In this document: piece after piece, positions 1 to 12,789 of the stretch
Numbering within the stretch: the stretch's first letter is position 1
Layout of the letters: each line of letters opens with the position of its first letter
Origin: Patescibacteria group bacterium
Lineage (GTDB): Bacteria > Patescibacteriota > WWE3 > UBA101185 > UBA10185
Reading direction: 5' to 3'
Length of the DNA stretch: 64,000 nt
Assembly (NCBI GenBank): GCA_018825365.1
Contig: JAHJEV010000003.1
Location: 317,387-381,386 of the forward strand
The notes under the pieces: generated by a model
Database searches by the model: none
The model's input: the letters and a program-made list of their open reading frames with translations, nothing else
What the model was told of the DNA's origin: nothing
Translations under genes and position numbers: made by a program

Positions 1-107
1 TCAGCCAAAACTTTCGTTATAGCCGATGTCAACGTTGTTTTACCATGGTCAACGTGCCCAATAGTACCGATATTTATATGTTCTTTGTTTCTAACGAATT
101 CGGTCAT
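1..107 (-). CDS. tuf: Elongation factor Tu, 5' part (runs off window edge)
   Basis: Manual translation from ATG 107: [35 protein letters not shown], the EF-Tu N-terminus with G1 motif; downstream of fusA. Confidence 0.97.
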   Translation of the reverse strand, partial: MTEFVRNKEHINIGTIGHVDHGKTTLTSAITKVLA

Positions 108-328
108 TTTAAACCTTCCTTTCGGTAAAATTAATTACCATTCTGGTAAAATAACTACCCATTCTGTACGTGCTGCGAACTTTCTTACATAAAGAACGCT
201 CGCTCCCGTCCGAAATGGCGTTATCTTAACCTTAAAACATTTACTAAAGCAAGTGATAGTTAACCAAATTAAAGGCCAAAAATCAAGACTTTTCCCTAAA
301 ATTACCAATTTATTTAAAATATGGAAAA

Positions 329-2416
329 TTAACGCCTGATGTTGTTTTTAGCTAATCCCTCGGCGATGCTACCCGGAACCTCCTCATAATGGCTTGGTTC
401 CATGGTAAAAGAGCCTCTTCCTTGAGTCATACCTCTAAGCTCTGTAGCATATCCAAACATCTCAGCTAGTGGCACCTTTGCCTCTATTATTCTGGCGTTT
501 CCTCTTTGTTCGGTTGACTCGATTTTTCCTCTTTTTGATGAGATGTCTCCAATAACATCACCCATGAAATCTTCGGGAACTATTACTTCAACTCGCATGA
601 TAGGTTCAAGAAGGAAAGTACCGGCTTTTTGTTGGCCCTCTCTCATAGCCTCTATTGTTGCCATCTTAAATGCCATTTCAGAAGAGTCAACCTCATGGTA
701 TGATCCGTCAATTAGAGTAACCTGAAAATCAACAAATGGGTATCCTGCAATAATTCCGCTTTCTGCAGCTTCCTTAACTCCTTTTTCAACGGCCGGAACG
801 TATTCCCTTGGAATGGCTCCTCCAACAACCTTATCAACAAATTTAAAGCCCTCTCCTCTTGCAAGAGGTTCAAGTATGATAACAACGTGTCCGTATTGGC
901 CTCTGCCGCCGCTTTGTCTGATATATTTTCCTACGATTTCCGTCTTTCCTCTTATTGTTTCTCTATATGCAACCTGCGGCTTTCCCGTATTTACTTCAAG
1001 ATTAAATTCTCTTTTCATTCTGTCCACAATAATGTCCAAATGAAGCTCTCCCATTCCGTATAAAAGTGTCTGGCCGGTTTCAACATTCGTTTTTATGGCA
1101 AGGGTTGGATCTTCTTCAAGAAATCTTTTTATAACCTGGCCCATTTTATCTCGGTCGGCCTTGGTTTTTGGCTCAACAACAATACCAATTACTGGTTCTG
1201 CAAAGCTGATTTTATCCAAAATCAATTTATTGTCCTCGGAACAAAGTGTGTCCCCGGTTATTGCCTCAAGACCAACACCCGCTGCAATTTCTCCTGCGGA
1301 GACTTCCTTTATTTCTTCTCTATGATTTGCGTGCATCAGAAGAATTCTTCCCAATCTTTCCTTTTTATCTGATGTTGAGTTATGAACGTAAGAGCCTGCG
1401 GAGACTTTTCCGGAGTAGACTCTAAAATAGGTGAGTCTACCAACGTAGGGGTCGGCCTGAATTTTGAAAGCTAAAGCAACAAATGGTCCGTTATCGTCGG
1501 CTTTAAGCAGTACTTCCTCGTCGCTATTTATTTTCATTCCTTCGATATCCGGTTTATCTTTTGGGGAGGGCAGGTAATCAACTACCCCATCAAGCACTTT
1601 CTGAACTCCCTTGTTTGATAAGGATGCCCCACAATATATTGGATATATAGCTACTTTTATTGTAAGTTCCCTTAAACCCTGCTTTATTTCTTCGTTTGTT
1701 AGTTCTTCCCCTGCCAGGTATTTTTCTATTAACTTGTCATCAGCCTCCGCCACTTTTTCAACCATTATAGATCTGTATTTTTGAGCGTCCTCAACTAAAT
1801 CTGCGGGGATCTCAAATTCAACGACCTTTGCCCCACCCTCACCTTCAAACTTGTAGGCCTTCATCGTTATGAGATCGACAACCCCCTCAAATGTGTTCTC
1901 AAAACCTATTGGAATTTGAACCGCAACTCCCTTTTTTGTCAGTTTCTCATCTACAGATTTAACCGACATAAAAAAATCTCCTCCGACCTTGTCTAGTTTG
2001 TTAACAAAAAACAAAAGGGGAACATCATACTTCTGAGCCTGTCTGTAAACAGTTTCCGATTGTGGTTCAACACCTTGGGAGCCATCAAGGACAATCACCC
2101 CTCCATCCAGTACTCTTAGTGATCTTTCAACTTCTGCCGTGAAATCTACGTGTCCCGGGGTATCAATAATATTTATCCTGCAATCTTTCCAAAAACACGT
2201 GGTTGCAGCAGATGTAATGGTAATTCCTCTTTCTCTCTCCTGGGCCATCCAATCCATCTGAGTGTTTCCAAGGTCAATGTCTCCTATTTTGTGGGACTTA
2301 CCTGTATAAAAAAGAATTCTTTCTGTGGTAGTGGTTTTTCCCGCATCAATATGAGCAATAATACCGATGTTTCGGATCTTTTCTAAAGGATACTTTTTGT
2401 TCATAGTTTCAGCCAT
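329..2416 (-). CDS. fusA: Elongation factor G
   Basis: [37 protein letters not shown] motifs; str operon context. Confidence 0.99.
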   Translation of the reverse strand: MAETMNKKYPLEKIRNIGIIAHIDAGKTTTTERILFYTGKSHKIGDIDLGNTQMDWMAQERERGITITSAATTCFWKDCRINIIDTPGHVDFTAEVERSLRVLDGGVIVLDGSQGVEPQSETVYRQAQKYDVPLLFFVNKLDKVGGDFFMSVKSVDEKLTKKGVAVQIPIGFENTFEGVVDLITMKAYKFEGEGGAKVVEFEIPADLVEDAQKYRSIMVEKVAEADDKLIEKYLAGEELTNEEIKQGLRELTIKVAIYPIYCGASLSNKGVQKVLDGVVDYLPSPKDKPDIEGMKINSDEEVLLKADDNGPFVALAFKIQADPYVGRLTYFRVYSGKVSAGSYVHNSTSDKKERLGRILLMHANHREEIKEVSAGEIAAGVGLEAITGDTLCSEDNKLILDKISFAEPVIGIVVEPKTKADRDKMGQVIKRFLEEDPTLAIKTNVETGQTLLYGMGELHLDIIVDRMKREFNLEVNTGKPQVAYRETIRGKTEIVGKYIRQSGGRGQYGHVVIILEPLARGEGFKFVDKVVGGAIPREYVPAVEKGVKEAAESGIIAGYPFVDFQVTLIDGSYHEVDSSEMAFKMATIEAMREGQQKAGTFLLEPIMRVEVIVPEDFMGDVIGDISSKRGKIESTEQRGNARIIEAKVPLAEMFGYATELRGMTQGRGSFTMEPSHYEEVPGSIAEGLAKNNIRR

Positions 2417-2456
2417 AGCTTTTTATTTTAACCTATTAAAGACGCTTGGGAAATAA

Positions 2457-2924
2457 TTAGAATCTGGCAAAATGCGCAAACGCTCTATTTGCCTCTGCCA
2501 TTCTGTGAGTGTCATCCCTCTTTTTGATTGCGTCTCCGGTGTTATTATAAGAATCCGACATTACCAAATAAAGCTTTTCAACCATCGGTTTACCTTTTTT
2601 GGATCTTGCAGCAGTTATTATCCATCTTGCCGCTAAAGTTTCGGATCTATCATGTTTAAGCGGGATCGGAACTTGATACGTTGCACCACCAACTCTTTTT
2701 GATCTTACTTCTTGCTGGGGCATTACATTTTTGACTGCTTGCTCGAATATTTTTAAGGCCTCTTTCTCATCCTCGTTTAGTTTTTTCAAAACTCCATAAA
2801 CAATATCTCTTGCCGTGCTTTTTTTGCCTCCCATCATAACAGAAACTATCATTTTTGAAACTATTCTTGATTTATAAATTGGATCCGGAGTAGTTATTCT
2901 TTTTTTTGCTTTCTTACCTCTCAT
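2457..2924 (-). CDS. rpsG: 30S ribosomal protein S7
   Basis: RVGGATYQVP, HRMAEANRAFAH motifs. Confidence 0.99.
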   Translation of the reverse strand: MRGKKAKKRITTPDPIYKSRIVSKMIVSVMMGGKKSTARDIVYGVLKKLNEDEKEALKIFEQAVKNVMPQQEVRSKRVGGATYQVPIPLKHDRSETLAARWIITAARSKKGKPMVEKLYLVMSDSYNNTGDAIKKRDDTHRMAEANRAFAHFARF

Positions 2925-2926
2925 AT

Positions 2927-3343
2927 TTATTTCGCCTTAGGCTTTCTTGTGCCATAAATTGATCTTGAGGTTTTTCTGCCTTCAACTCCCGCAAGGTCGT
3001 TGGTGCCTCTCACAATTTCATATTTTATACCCGGCAAATCCTGAACCTTGCCACCCTTAACAAGAACGACTGAGTGCTCCTGAAGGTTATGACCCTCACC
3101 AGGAATATAAGCTGTAACTTCTCTTCGATTGGAAAGCCTTACTCTTGCAACTTTCCTTAATGCTGAATTTGGTTTTTTGGGGGTTTGGGTTTTAACCAAT
3201 AAAACAACTCCCCTCTTTAAGGGACTTGGGTGCTTAACAACAGTCCTTTTCTTGGTGTTAAAGCCTTCTTTAAGAGCCGGTGTTTTTGTTTTTTTTATTT
3301 TCTTTTTTCTGCCTATTCTTAGCAGTTGATTTATAGTCGGCAT
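2927..3343 (-). CDS. rpsL: 30S ribosomal protein S12
   Basis: [28 protein letters not shown] motifs. Confidence 0.99.
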   Translation of the reverse strand: MPTINQLLRIGRKKKIKKTKTPALKEGFNTKKRTVVKHPSPLKRGVVLLVKTQTPKKPNSALRKVARVRLSNRREVTAYIPGEGHNLQEHSVVLVKGGKVQDLPGIKYEIVRGTNDLAGVEGRKTSRSIYGTRKPKAK

Positions 3344-3344
3344 A

Positions 3345-6300
3345 TTATTCGATTCTTGCTCTTTCTCCTGTCGGAATGAGCTTTCCGATAATTACATTTT
3401 CTTTTAACCCAACAAGGTAATCTACCTTACCAGAGCAGGCTGCGTCGGTCAACACACTACTCGTGTGTATAAACGAAGCTGCTGACATCCAGCTATCAGT
3501 GTTTAATGCTGCTTTTGTAATACCAAGCATAATAAGTTTGCCTGTTGCCGGGGTTCCGCCGCTGGCTAAGACTCTTTCTGTTTCCTCATCAAATCTGGCC
3601 CTTGTTATTAGTTCTCCAGACATAAATACTGTGTCTCCAGCCTCTTCGATTCTTACATGGTTAAACATCTGCTTAACAACCGTTTCCAAGTGTTTATCAT
3701 TTAGGGCAACTCCCTGAGAGGCGTAAACTCCTTGAACTTCTTCAATAATATACTTTTTGGTCTCATCAACTCCAACAGTTCTGTAAAGGTCACTTAGGTT
3801 TAAGTTTCCACTTGTAAGTTTTTGCCCCCTTCCTACAATCTCTCCGTCTTTGATTAAGATCTCTTCGACCGGATCGATCATGTATTCGACTAATTCTTCG
3901 CTTGAATCCGAAGGTATCACAATTATTTTTCTCTCATCTCCGTTTTTCTCAACCTTAGCGGTTCCCGAAGCTTCACTCATTATTGATAAGAATTTGGGGG
4001 CTCTTGCTTCAACAAGCTCTTCAACTCTTGGAAGTCCTTGGGTGATGTCTTTTCCAGTAATACCGCCTGCATGGAATGTTTTCATTGTTAATTGAGTTCC
4101 CGGTTCACCTATTGATTGAGCTGCCGCGACCCCGACTGCGGTTCCCATTCTGACAAGCTTTCCCGTCATAAGATCAAAGCCGTAGCAAGCCGCACAAATT
4201 CCTCTTCTTGTTTCACAGTGCATAGGGGATCTGATTATTATACTTTTAATTCCAGCTTTTTCTATTTCTGCAACAATACCGTCTGTTAATGTAATTCCTG
4301 CCTTTACAATTACCTTATTACCTGCTTTTACATCTTTGGCCAATAATCTTCCAACTACCCTATCTGCAAATGTTTGAAGGAGTGTTCCTTTTCCAACAAT
4401 CATTTCTCTTCCATCTGTAGTGCCACAATCATCTTCTCTCACTATTACGTCCTGACACACATCAACAAGTCTTCTTGTTAGATAGCCTGCATCAGCAGTC
4501 TTTAAACCCTTGTCAACAAGTCCCTTTCTTGCGCCTCTTGAGCTTACGAAGTACTCAAGTGCAGAAAGTCCCTGTTTGTAATTACCAAAGATTGGAATTT
4601 CAACTGTTTTACCTGTAGGATCAACAACAAGTCCCTTCATACCTGCAAGCTGTTTGACTTGATCCCTGGATGCCTTAGTAGAGCCTGACTTAACAAGAAT
4701 TTTAACCGGGTTGTCATCCCTCAAATTCTCCCAAACAGCCGAGTCTAAATCTGCAGTAACTTTATTCCAAACATCTTCCTTTTGCTTTCTAGCCTCTGCT
4801 TTTGTTATAAGTCCTCTTTTGAAATAATTGTCTATTTCAATTACGGATTTTTTACCTTCCTCTAAAATCTTGTTTCTGTTTTCCGGGATAGCAATATCCG
4901 CAAGTGATACCGATTGACCACATATAGTTCCGTACTTAAGTCCGATATCCTTAATATCATCAATTAATTTAACCGCAACTTCGTTGGGATCTTCCTTAAG
5001 AACTTTGGTCATAAGAATATTGACTCTCTTTTTATCCATTGCTTCGTTTATAAACCAGTATTTTTCCGGGACAACTTTATTGAAAATCACCCTTCCGGGA
5101 GTCGTATCAAATATCTGTCCGCTGAGTCTGACTTTTGCTAACTGTCTCAAGTCAATTTCATTGTTTATTTCCATTGCGTACATCATTTCAGTCTCATCTG
5201 CGTATACCTTGTCCAATACCGGAAGGGATTCATCGATGGAAGTTATGTAATAAACACCAAATAACATTATTTTTGATGGAATAGATATAGGTGTTCCGCT
5301 TGAAGGACTTAATAAGTTCACTGAAGAAATCATTAAATCTTTTGCCTCCTGAATCGAATCCTTTGAAAGAGGAACATGTACAGCCATCTGATCCCCATCA
5401 AAGTCTGCATTGAAACCTGTGCACACGCAAAGATGAAGTTTGATAGCATTCCCTTCAACAAGTCGTGGGTAAAATGCCTGAATTCCAAGTCTCCAAAGTG
5501 TAGGAGCCCTATTTAATAGTACGGGGTAACCCTTAACAACCTCTTCAAGAATATCCCATACTTCCGGAACTCTTGTCTCAAGATAGAATTTAGCGCTTTT
5601 TACGTTCGGAGCATAACCCCTTCCTAATATTTCTCTTAAAACCATCGGTTTAAATAATTCCAAGGCCATCTCCTTTGGAATACCACATTCATTGAGTTTA
5701 AGCTCCGGTCCATTGATGATAACACCCCTACCTGAGTAGTCGACTCTTTTTCCAAGAAGGTTAAGTCTAAATATTCCCTGCTTGCCCTTTATCATATCGG
5801 CTAAGGATCTTAACTCTTTACCTCTTGTTGTAGTTCTTGCCTTCTTTCTTCTTTTTGAAGAGTCAAACAGTGCATCAACTGATTCTTGAAGCATTCTTTT
5901 TTCGTTTCTTACAATAATTTCAGGAGCCCCCAAGTCCAAAAGTCTTTTAAGTCTGTTGTTTCTGTTTATAAGTCTTCTGTAAAGATCGTTTAGATCTGAT
6001 GTTGCAAACCTACCGCCGTCAAGTTGCACCATGGGCCTAAGATCCGGCGGAATTACGGGAATCACATCCATTATCATCCTGTCTGGTCCGATATTTGCTC
6101 TTCTGAATTGGTCAACAACAATAAATCTTTTAGCAATTTTCTGTGCTTTTTGACCTTTTGCTTTTTCCAGATCAGTTCTCAATTGTTCTGCAAGAACATT
6201 TAGATTCAATCTGCTAAGTATCCCCTTGAAAGCGTCGGCTCCGATTTCAAGTTTGCAGAATTTTTCAAGGTAAGAGATAAGCGAGATGTATTCGTTTTCA

Positions 6301-7013
6301 GAAATTACTGAATAAATTCCTACACTTTCGACTTTCTTTTGAATAAGTTTAAATTTCTTTTCCTGCTCTTCTAATTTTTTATCATAAGCCGTTTTTACTT
6401 TTTGAATTTTTTGTCTTACCTTTAATTCTTCCTCTTTGGATCTCATCTCATCTTTTATTTTTGAGGTACCGACAAGCTCCTTTTCTACAATCTTCATTTC
6501 CCCGTCAAGTTCTTTCTGAAGAGATGCTTTGGTAATTTCCAAATCCTTTCCAACCTGAGAAATTGCCTTTGCTTTGTTTTTGTCATCTATTTCGGTAACA
6601 ATGAAAGAGGCAAAGTATACAACTGATTCAACGTTTCTTGGCGTCAAATCAAGTAAAAGTGCCATCTTTGATGGAATTCCTTTAAAAAACCAAACGTGTG
6701 CGACCGGGGAGGCTAGTTTCAAATGCCCCATTCTTTCTCTTCTCACCCTATTGTGTGTAACTTCAACACCACACTTATCACAGACTACATTTTTGTATCT
6801 AATACCTTTGTATTTTCCGCAGTAACACTCGTAGTTTTTGGAGGGCCCAAATATCCTTTCGTCAAATAAACCATCTCTTTCAGCTTTAAAAGTTCTGTAG
6901 TTTATGGTCTCCGGCTTTGTAACTTCTCCATAAGACCAACCTAATATTTCCTCGCCGGAAGCAAGGTAAACTCTTAATGCATCGAAGTCTTTTAATTTGC
7001 TTATATCTCTCAT
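3345..7013 (-). CDS. rpoC: RNA polymerase beta' subunit
   Basis: NADFDGD catalytic motif, Zn-binding CYCGKY...[13 protein letters not shown]. Confidence 0.99.
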   Translation of the reverse strand: MRDISKLKDFDALRVYLASGEEILGWSYGEVTKPETINYRTFKAERDGLFDERIFGPSKNYECYCGKYKGIRYKNVVCDKCGVEVTHNRVRRERMGHLKLASPVAHVWFFKGIPSKMALLLDLTPRNVESVVYFASFIVTEIDDKNKAKAISQVGKDLEITKASLQKELDGEMKIVEKELVGTSKIKDEMRSKEEELKVRQKIQKVKTAYDKKLEEQEKKFKLIQKKVESVGIYSVISENEYISLISYLEKFCKLEIGADAFKGILSRLNLNVLAEQLRTDLEKAKGQKAQKIAKRFIVVDQFRRANIGPDRMIMDVIPVIPPDLRPMVQLDGGRFATSDLNDLYRRLINRNNRLKRLLDLGAPEIIVRNEKRMLQESVDALFDSSKRRKKARTTTRGKELRSLADMIKGKQGIFRLNLLGKRVDYSGRGVIINGPELKLNECGIPKEMALELFKPMVLREILGRGYAPNVKSAKFYLETRVPEVWDILEEVVKGYPVLLNRAPTLWRLGIQAFYPRLVEGNAIKLHLCVCTGFNADFDGDQMAVHVPLSKDSIQEAKDLMISSVNLLSPSSGTPISIPSKIMLFGVYYITSIDESLPVLDKVYADETEMMYAMEINNEIDLRQLAKVRLSGQIFDTTPGRVIFNKVVPEKYWFINEAMDKKRVNILMTKVLKEDPNEVAVKLIDDIKDIGLKYGTICGQSVSLADIAIPENRNKILEEGKKSVIEIDNYFKRGLITKAEARKQKEDVWNKVTADLDSAVWENLRDDNPVKILVKSGSTKASRDQVKQLAGMKGLVVDPTGKTVEIPIFGNYKQGLSALEYFVSSRGARKGLVDKGLKTADAGYLTRRLVDVCQDVIVREDDCGTTDGREMIVGKGTLLQTFADRVVGRLLAKDVKAGNKVIVKAGITLTDGIVAEIEKAGIKSIIIRSPMHCETRRGICAACYGFDLMTGKLVRMGTAVGVAAAQSIGEPGTQLTMKTFHAGGITGKDITQGLPRVEELVEARAPKFLSIMSEASGTAKVEKNGDERKIIVIPSDSSEELVEYMIDPVEEILIKDGEIVGRGQKLTSGNLNLSDLYRTVGVDETKKYIIEEVQGVYASQGVALNDKHLETVVKQMFNHVRIEEAGDTVFMSGELITRARFDEETERVLASGGTPATGKLIMLGITKAALNTDSWMSAASFIHTSSVLTDAACSGKVDYLVGLKENVIIGKLIPTGERARIE

Positions 7014-7016
7014 AAT

Positions 7017-10000
7017 TTATTCCTTAGAACGTTCAGCTTCGGAAATTTCTACGCCAGCTTTCTTAAGATCCTTCTCTTCCAAAACAGCTTCTTGAGGTAA
7101 ATCTTTGGAGCTTATCTTGTTAGTTTTCTCTGGTTCTAAACCTTCTTCTGCTGCTGTTTCGGTTTCTTTTTCTTCTTCATGAACTTCTGTTGAATAAGCC
7201 TCAAGTCCCAATCCCAAACCGTTAAGTTTTCTCACAAGAAGCTTAAATGTTTCAGGCACTGTTGGTTCCGGAATCTGGTTTCCTTGAATTAGAGCACTAA
7301 AGGACTGAACTCTGCCCAACATATCGTCTGATTTTATAGTTAACATTTCCTGAAGCATGTGAGCAGCCCCATATGCCTCTAAAGCCCAAACTTCCATTTC
7401 CCCAAATCTCTGACCACCGAATTGAGCTTTTCCTCCAAGTGGTTGCTGCGTAATCAAAGAGTAAGATCCTGTTGATCTTGCGTGCATTTTGTCCTCTGAC
7501 ATGTGAACTAGTTTCAAAATATAGGCATCTCCTACAACAATCTCGTTGTGGTAAGCCTCCCCTGTTCTTCCGTCTATTAATTTCATTTTTCCCGTCACGG
7601 GATAACCAGCTTTCCTAAATTCTTCTGCTATTTTAGCTTCGGGTATTCTTTGAAGGGATGGGATTTCGTAAAATTTTCCAAGTTTTCTACCTGCAGATCC
7701 AAGCGAAGCTTCCAAAATCTGGCCAACGTTCATTCTTTTCAAAACAGCCTCTGAGGAGAATATAATATCTACATACGAACCGTCTGGTAGTACCGGCATA
7801 TCGATTGACGGAATGACTGCTGATATAACACCTTTGTTACCGTGTCTTCCGGCAAGCTTGTCCCCTATTTCAATCTTTTTCTGTTGAGCTACATAAACTG
7901 TTATTTCTTCTATTGTTCCCGCGGGCAAGTGTTCGTTTTCTTTCTTAGCTACTCTTTTTATTCCTATAACAACCCCGTGCTCACCGTGGGGCATTCTAAG
8001 AGACGTATCTCTGACATCTTTTGCTTTTTCACCGAAGATTGCCCTTAAAAGTCTTTCTTCAGCTGTAAGGTCGACTTCTCCTTTCGGAGCAACTTTTCCG
8101 ACCAAAACATCTCCTGATTTTACCTTGGACCCTATTGCTACAATCCCACTTTCGTCAAGATTCTTCAAAGTTTCTTCGGACACGTTGGGTATGTCCCTGG
8201 TTATTTCTTCCGAACCTAGTTTTGTTTCCTGAATCTGGGTTACGTGATCTGATATATGAATGGAGGTTAAAACGTCCTCTTTAACGAGTCTGTCGGAAAT
8301 GATTACACCATCTTCAAACTCAAGTCCTCTATATATCATGTAGGCAACCTTGATATTAGTACCTATTGCTATTTCTCCATTATCGATGGATGGCCCCTCA
8401 ATGAGGGTTTCACCTTTTTTGACTTTCTGTCCTGAGACTACTCTTACATATTGGTTGTAGCAGGTTTCACTGTTTGTTTGTAAAAATTTCTTTGCCTTAT
8501 ATTCTGTTTTCCTATTTTTTCCGTTGTATTTAACAACAACTTTATCTGCGTCTGCATACTCAATAGTGCCGTTGTCTTCTGCCGTTGTTAGGGCGTTTGT
8601 GTTTCTTGCGACTTCCTCCTCAATACCCGTTCCAACTATCGGTCTTTGGGGTCTAATAAGAGGAACTGCTTGGGACATTTGCTGAGTTCCCATAGTTATA
8701 CGGACAACATCATTGTTTTGAACAAAAGGAACAAGACCTGCAACGACGCCTAAAACCTGAGCCGGAACCACCTCGATATACTCAGCTAAAGCAACGTCGC
8801 CTAATATAAATTCCCCGCCTTTTCTCAGAGGTACCTGAGAATCAAGAATGTACCCGTTATCGTCTGTTTCCACAGACTGGTCAGTGATATAGACTTTCTC
8901 TTCGTCGTAAGCTGCAAGGTAAATCACATCGTCCGTTATTCTTACTTTCCCTTTAGAATCTTTTTCAAGTCTGACATAAGGCGTCTCCAAAAATCCATAC
9001 TCATTTACTCTTGCATACATGGACATATAATTGATAAGTCCGACATTTGGACCTTCAGGAGTTCTGACCGGGCAAATTCTTCCAAAATATGAGTTATGCA
9101 CGTCTCTTACTGAGAAGCTTGCTCTTTCTTTTGTAAGCCCGCCCGGACCCATAACTGAAAGTCGTCTTAAGTGATCAAGAGCAGTTAATGGATTTTGCTG
9201 GTCATGAAGCTGGGAAAGCTGTCCCGTTGCAAAAAATGAGTGAACAGCTGCGGCAATTGCTCTTGGTGAGATTAATGTTGATGGTACTGGTAATGTTTCT
9301 CTTGGTGCTAAACTCATTCTTTCTTTTATGTTTTTTTCCATTCTTAAAAATCCCACTCTCATTTGCCATTGCAGCAACTCACCCATACTTTTAACTCTTC
9401 TGTTGCCCAAAAAATCAACATCGCTTGGATAAGCAACTCCATTATTAAGTTCAATTATTCTTGAAAATATCTTTATTAAATCCTGAAGCTGTAAAAGTCT
9501 GTGCTGAGGATCATTAGGAAAGTCTAAACCTAAAACTTGATTTAATTTAAATCTTCCTACCGCTCCTAAGCTGTACCTTCTCCTATTAAAAAACATTGCA
9601 TGAACCAAAGCTTTTGCATTTTCCAATATCAAAGGCTCGCCCGGTCTCATTTTTTTGTAGACCTCAAGACAGGCTTCTTCAAAACTTGCTGCCGGATCTT
9701 TTGCCAATGTTGACTCTGTATAGTTAATTTCTGGGTTTGTCTCAACACCCTCAAATGCTTTTCTGATATCATCGTCTGTTTCTAAGCCGAATATTCTCAA
9801 CAGAGTTGTTGCGGATATTTTTCTTTTTCTATCAATTCTTAAAGTAATGACTCCCGTTCTTGATGTTTCAAATTCAAGCCAGACACCGCTTCTTGGAAGT
9901 ACTTTAGCACCTCCAAGGAATTGTCCTGTAACAGGAGAATTTTCACCGCCAAATAAAACTCCTTCCGATCTTATAAGCTGGGAAATGATTATTCTGTCAA

Positions 10001-10355
10001 CACCGTTAATAATAAAGGTTCCCTGTTGAGTCATAAGTGGGATGTCACCCATGTATATTTCTTGGGATTTTTCTTTTTTAGCAATTGGATCTCTGATTGT
10101 TGCTTCAACATACCAAGGAGCATTATAAGTTCTTCCTGTTCTCATTGCTTCCTCGATGGTAATGTTTTCCCTCTCTACTCTTGGTTTTGAAAGTGTTAGT
10201 ACCCAGCCTCTTCCGGACGTGTCCTCAATTGTTCCCAATTCATCAAGGATTTCTTTTAGACCGTCCTTTTTGAGCCAGTCGAATGATTCAAGCTGGACAC
10301 CAACAAGATTAGGTAGGGGTAGGGCTATTTTACGTTTTAAAAAGGTCTCACGCAT
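7017..10355 (-). CDS. rpoB: RNA polymerase beta subunit (acidic C-terminal tail)
   Basis: [37 protein letters not shown] motifs. Confidence 0.99.
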   Translation of the reverse strand: MRETFLKRKIALPLPNLVGVQLESFDWLKKDGLKEILDELGTIEDTSGRGWVLTLSKPRVERENITIEEAMRTGRTYNAPWYVEATIRDPIAKKEKSQEIYMGDIPLMTQQGTFIINGVDRIIISQLIRSEGVLFGGENSPVTGQFLGGAKVLPRSGVWLEFETSRTGVITLRIDRKRKISATTLLRIFGLETDDDIRKAFEGVETNPEINYTESTLAKDPAASFEEACLEVYKKMRPGEPLILENAKALVHAMFFNRRRYSLGAVGRFKLNQVLGLDFPNDPQHRLLQLQDLIKIFSRIIELNNGVAYPSDVDFLGNRRVKSMGELLQWQMRVGFLRMEKNIKERMSLAPRETLPVPSTLISPRAIAAAVHSFFATGQLSQLHDQQNPLTALDHLRRLSVMGPGGLTKERASFSVRDVHNSYFGRICPVRTPEGPNVGLINYMSMYARVNEYGFLETPYVRLEKDSKGKVRITDDVIYLAAYDEEKVYITDQSVETDDNGYILDSQVPLRKGGEFILGDVALAEYIEVVPAQVLGVVAGLVPFVQNNDVVRITMGTQQMSQAVPLIRPQRPIVGTGIEEEVARNTNALTTAEDNGTIEYADADKVVVKYNGKNRKTEYKAKKFLQTNSETCYNQYVRVVSGQKVKKGETLIEGPSIDNGEIAIGTNIKVAYMIYRGLEFEDGVIISDRLVKEDVLTSIHISDHVTQIQETKLGSEEITRDIPNVSEETLKNLDESGIVAIGSKVKSGDVLVGKVAPKGEVDLTAEERLLRAIFGEKAKDVRDTSLRMPHGEHGVVIGIKRVAKKENEHLPAGTIEEITVYVAQQKKIEIGDKLAGRHGNKGVISAVIPSIDMPVLPDGSYVDIIFSSEAVLKRMNVGQILEASLGSAGRKLGKFYEIPSLQRIPEAKIAEEFRKAGYPVTGKMKLIDGRTGEAYHNEIVVGDAYILKLVHMSEDKMHARSTGSYSLITQQPLGGKAQFGGQRFGEMEVWALEAYGAAHMLQEMLTIKSDDMLGRVQSFSALIQGNQIPEPTVPETFKLLVRKLNGLGLGLEAYSTEVHEEEKETETAAEEGLEPEKTNKISSKDLPQEAVLEEKDLKKAGVEISEAERSKE

Positions 10356-10500
10356 TAATATTTTTTAAAAAGACTGATAAAGAATTTTACTACAAAATAT
10401 TCAGTTGTGTAATAGCCAAACTTCCCTCTTGAAAAAAGGTCCCCACAAATAAGGGTTAACTAAGCTTTGATTGAAATAAACAAGTTTGGGACAGAGCGAA

Positions 10501-10528
10501 AGCTAACACAAATACAAGGCCGTGTCAA
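10501..10528 (-). promoter_or_regulatory. Probable sigma70-type promoter for the rpoB operon
   Basis: Minus strand TTGACA-(about 17 nt)-TAGCTT about 145 nt upstream of rpoB. Confidence 0.5.
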
Positions 10529-10583
10529 CACGTTTATAGTCCACTATCTCATTGGGGAAAACGCTGGTACTTTTTAACCTATT

Positions 10584-11129
10584 CTAATTTATAAAACCTA
10601 TCTTGTTTAAAGGCCAAAATCTAAATATCACACGACCTATAATTCTATTTTTATCAACAAGTCCTATGTACCTGGAATCCAAAGATTCCCCGCGGTTGTC
10701 ACCCAAAAAGGCATATTGCTGCGGTCCAAGTCTTAGTGCCCTACCCTCTTTTATTGCACTTCCCCCCACCGTGCATGTATCCTTATCAAGATATTCCTCT
10801 TCTAACTGGTATTTTTGGCCATCTTTTGAGACCACAACCCCACAATCGATTATTTTAAATATATCCCCAGGAATACCAATAACTCTTTTTATGAAATGCC
10901 TTTCGTTATCTCCCGGGGAAAGAAACACCACAATCTCCCCTCTTTTTAGCGGAATAAATATTCCGCTAATTCTATCCACAAGAATTCTTTCCCCAGAATG
11001 AAAAGAAGGTTCCATACTTGGCCCCCAAACTATTTCCACAGACGCAACAAAAAGGTACAATGCCAACACAATTACCATTGAGGATATGAGGGCTTCCGAA
11101 AGTTCTAAAATTAATTCTTTAAACTTCAT
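10584..11129 (-). CDS. lepB: Signal peptidase I
   Basis: N-terminal TM, GPSMEP (Ser), FIKRVIG (Lys), GDNRGESLDSR. Confidence 0.95.
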   Translation of the reverse strand: MKFKELILELSEALISSMVIVLALYLFVASVEIVWGPSMEPSFHSGERILVDRISGIFIPLKRGEIVVFLSPGDNERHFIKRVIGIPGDIFKIIDCGVVVSKDGQKYQLEEEYLDKDTCTVGGSAIKEGRALRLGPQQYAFLGDNRGESLDSRYIGLVDKNRIIGRVIFRFWPLNKIGFIN

Positions 11130-11157
11130 GACTGTAATATAATATCAGCATACATAG

Positions 11158-12789
11158 ATGAACGGAAATAGATCAAAGAAACAAGTAAATACAGAAAATA
11201 TCATAAAGGGAGACGCCCCAGAAGCTTATGGAATAAAAGAGATATGGGAGTTTATTAGATCAAATTTTGTTATTCTTTTTATCTTGGGAGGTTTAATCTT
11301 TCTTATTTATGCACCTCTAATAAACGGCCAGTTCCTAAATCTTGATGACCAAAACGGTCTCGTCTTGAATAAGCCACTTTATTCGTTAACCGAAACTTTA
11401 AAATTTCTGGATGCTCCAGCAATAGCAACCTCGATAATAGTACATCTGTTCGGTATGAATTCTACTGCTTTGCATGTTTTCTCCATACTCCTACACATTA
11501 TCTGCACTACTTTGGTTTTTATCTTAACTTACCTGCTATTTGGAAAAAAAGTATCACTAATAGCGGCATTTCTTTTTGCGACGCAACCTGTAAATACTGA
11601 GGCTATTGGATGGTTATCCGGAATGGGGTATCCATTTAAAACAGTGGCAATTTTACTTATGTTAATATTTTACGTTTTATTCAGAAAAAATAAAAAAATA
11701 TGGTATTTAATTGTTTCCTCAATCGTTTACTTGGCAAGCCAAATCACCGTCAGGGGAGGGGGTTGGATGTTTATTGCCCCTTTTCTTTTGGTAATTGTTG
11801 ATCAGTTTTTAATAGAGAAAAAAATAGAATTTAAAAACATTAAGTACTACACACCCTATATAGTTATATCTCTAATATTTGTGGTGATGCTTGTACCTGG
11901 GCTTTTCAAACAAAGAATCATAGATTTGAATACCTTATACTATGTCGACACAGAATCCGCCACACCTTTGATAAATAGAATCCCATATACAACCTACATG
12001 GCCTATAAACTTATCGCGTTCCCACTTACTCTTACTGTCTATCATGAGGGTGAAATTATAACAGGCGCCGGCTATGCCTTTATGATAGCCGTGACCGTTG
12101 CTATTATTTTTGGAATAGCATACCTTTGGAAAAAAGACAGAGTGATTGCAGGACTTCTGCTCACTATTCCTTTCTCTATTCTTCCATCGTATAGCCCCGT
12201 AATTATCGCCTGGACGGCAGCGGAAAGATATCTCTATATAGGATCAGCTTTTTTCTCAATGGGTTTGGCAATACTAATCTTAAGAATTGAGGAAAAAAAG
12301 AAGTGGAAGCAATTCGCAACTGTAGTAACCATAGTTTTGTGTCTTTTATACTCCATAAGAACATTCACAAGAAGTTTTGACTTCAAAAATAGCAAAAATC
12401 TGTGGCTTGCAACCAAAAAAGTCTCTCCCTACAGCTACCGAGTGTATAACAACCTGGGAGACGTTTACTCAAACGAAGGAGATTATGAACTTGCTATCGA
12501 AGCATTTAAAAGATCTGTAGCTTTAAAACCTGATTATGCAGACGCTGTCCACAATATCGGCTTTACGTATCTTCAAATAGGCGATGTTGCTAAAGCAAAA
12601 AAATATCTCCAACAATCGATAGATATAAACCCAAGGTTGCATCAATCTTGGTACAAGATGGCAAGAATATTCATGGCTGAAAAAAATTACCAAGAAGCAC
12701 AAAAATACATATCGAAAGCTTTCGAACTAAATCCTAAGGATGAAGCAGTTCAACAAGTGATGACAGAACTTAAGACTCTAGGATACTAA
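11158..12789 (+). CDS. Multi-TM GT-C-type glycosyltransferase with C-terminal TPRs (TMTC-like)
   Basis: DD motif after TM1 (LNLDD), QPVNTEAI, AERYLY, many TM segments, C-terminal TPRs (YNNLG, HNIG). Confidence 0.75.
   Translation: MNGNRSKKQVNTENIIKGDAPEAYGIKEIWEFIRSNFVILFILGGLIFLIYAPLINGQFLNLDDQNGLVLNKPLYSLTETLKFLDAPAIATSIIVHLFGMNSTALHVFSILLHIICTTLVFILTYLLFGKKVSLIAAFLFATQPVNTEAIGWLSGMGYPFKTVAILLMLIFYVLFRKNKKIWYLIVSSIVYLASQITVRGGGWMFIAPFLLVIVDQFLIEKKIEFKNIKYYTPYIVISLIFVVMLVPGLFKQRIIDLNTLYYVDTESATPLINRIPYTTYMAYKLIAFPLTLTVYHEGEIITGAGYAFMIAVTVAIIFGIAYLWKKDRVIAGLLLTIPFSILPSYSPVIIAWTAAERYLYIGSAFFSMGLAILILRIEEKKKWKQFATVVTIVLCLLYSIRTFTRSFDFKNSKNLWLATKKVSPYSYRVYNNLGDVYSNEGDYELAIEAFKRSVALKPDYADAVHNIGFTYLQIGDVAKAKKYLQQSIDINPRLHQSWYKMARIFMAEKNYQEAQKYISKAFELNPKDEAVQQVMTELKTLGY

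Noticed and set aside
9130-9230. Intrinsic rifampicin resistance from RpoB cluster I changes ([22 protein letters not shown])
   Set aside because: The key Q, D, H, R and S contact residues are retained; the other substitutions cannot be interpreted from sequence alone
10416-10489. rpoB leader RNA structure (CCAAACTT/AAGTTTGG pairing)
   Set aside because: A single 8-bp long-range match in AT-rich DNA is insufficient without covariation data
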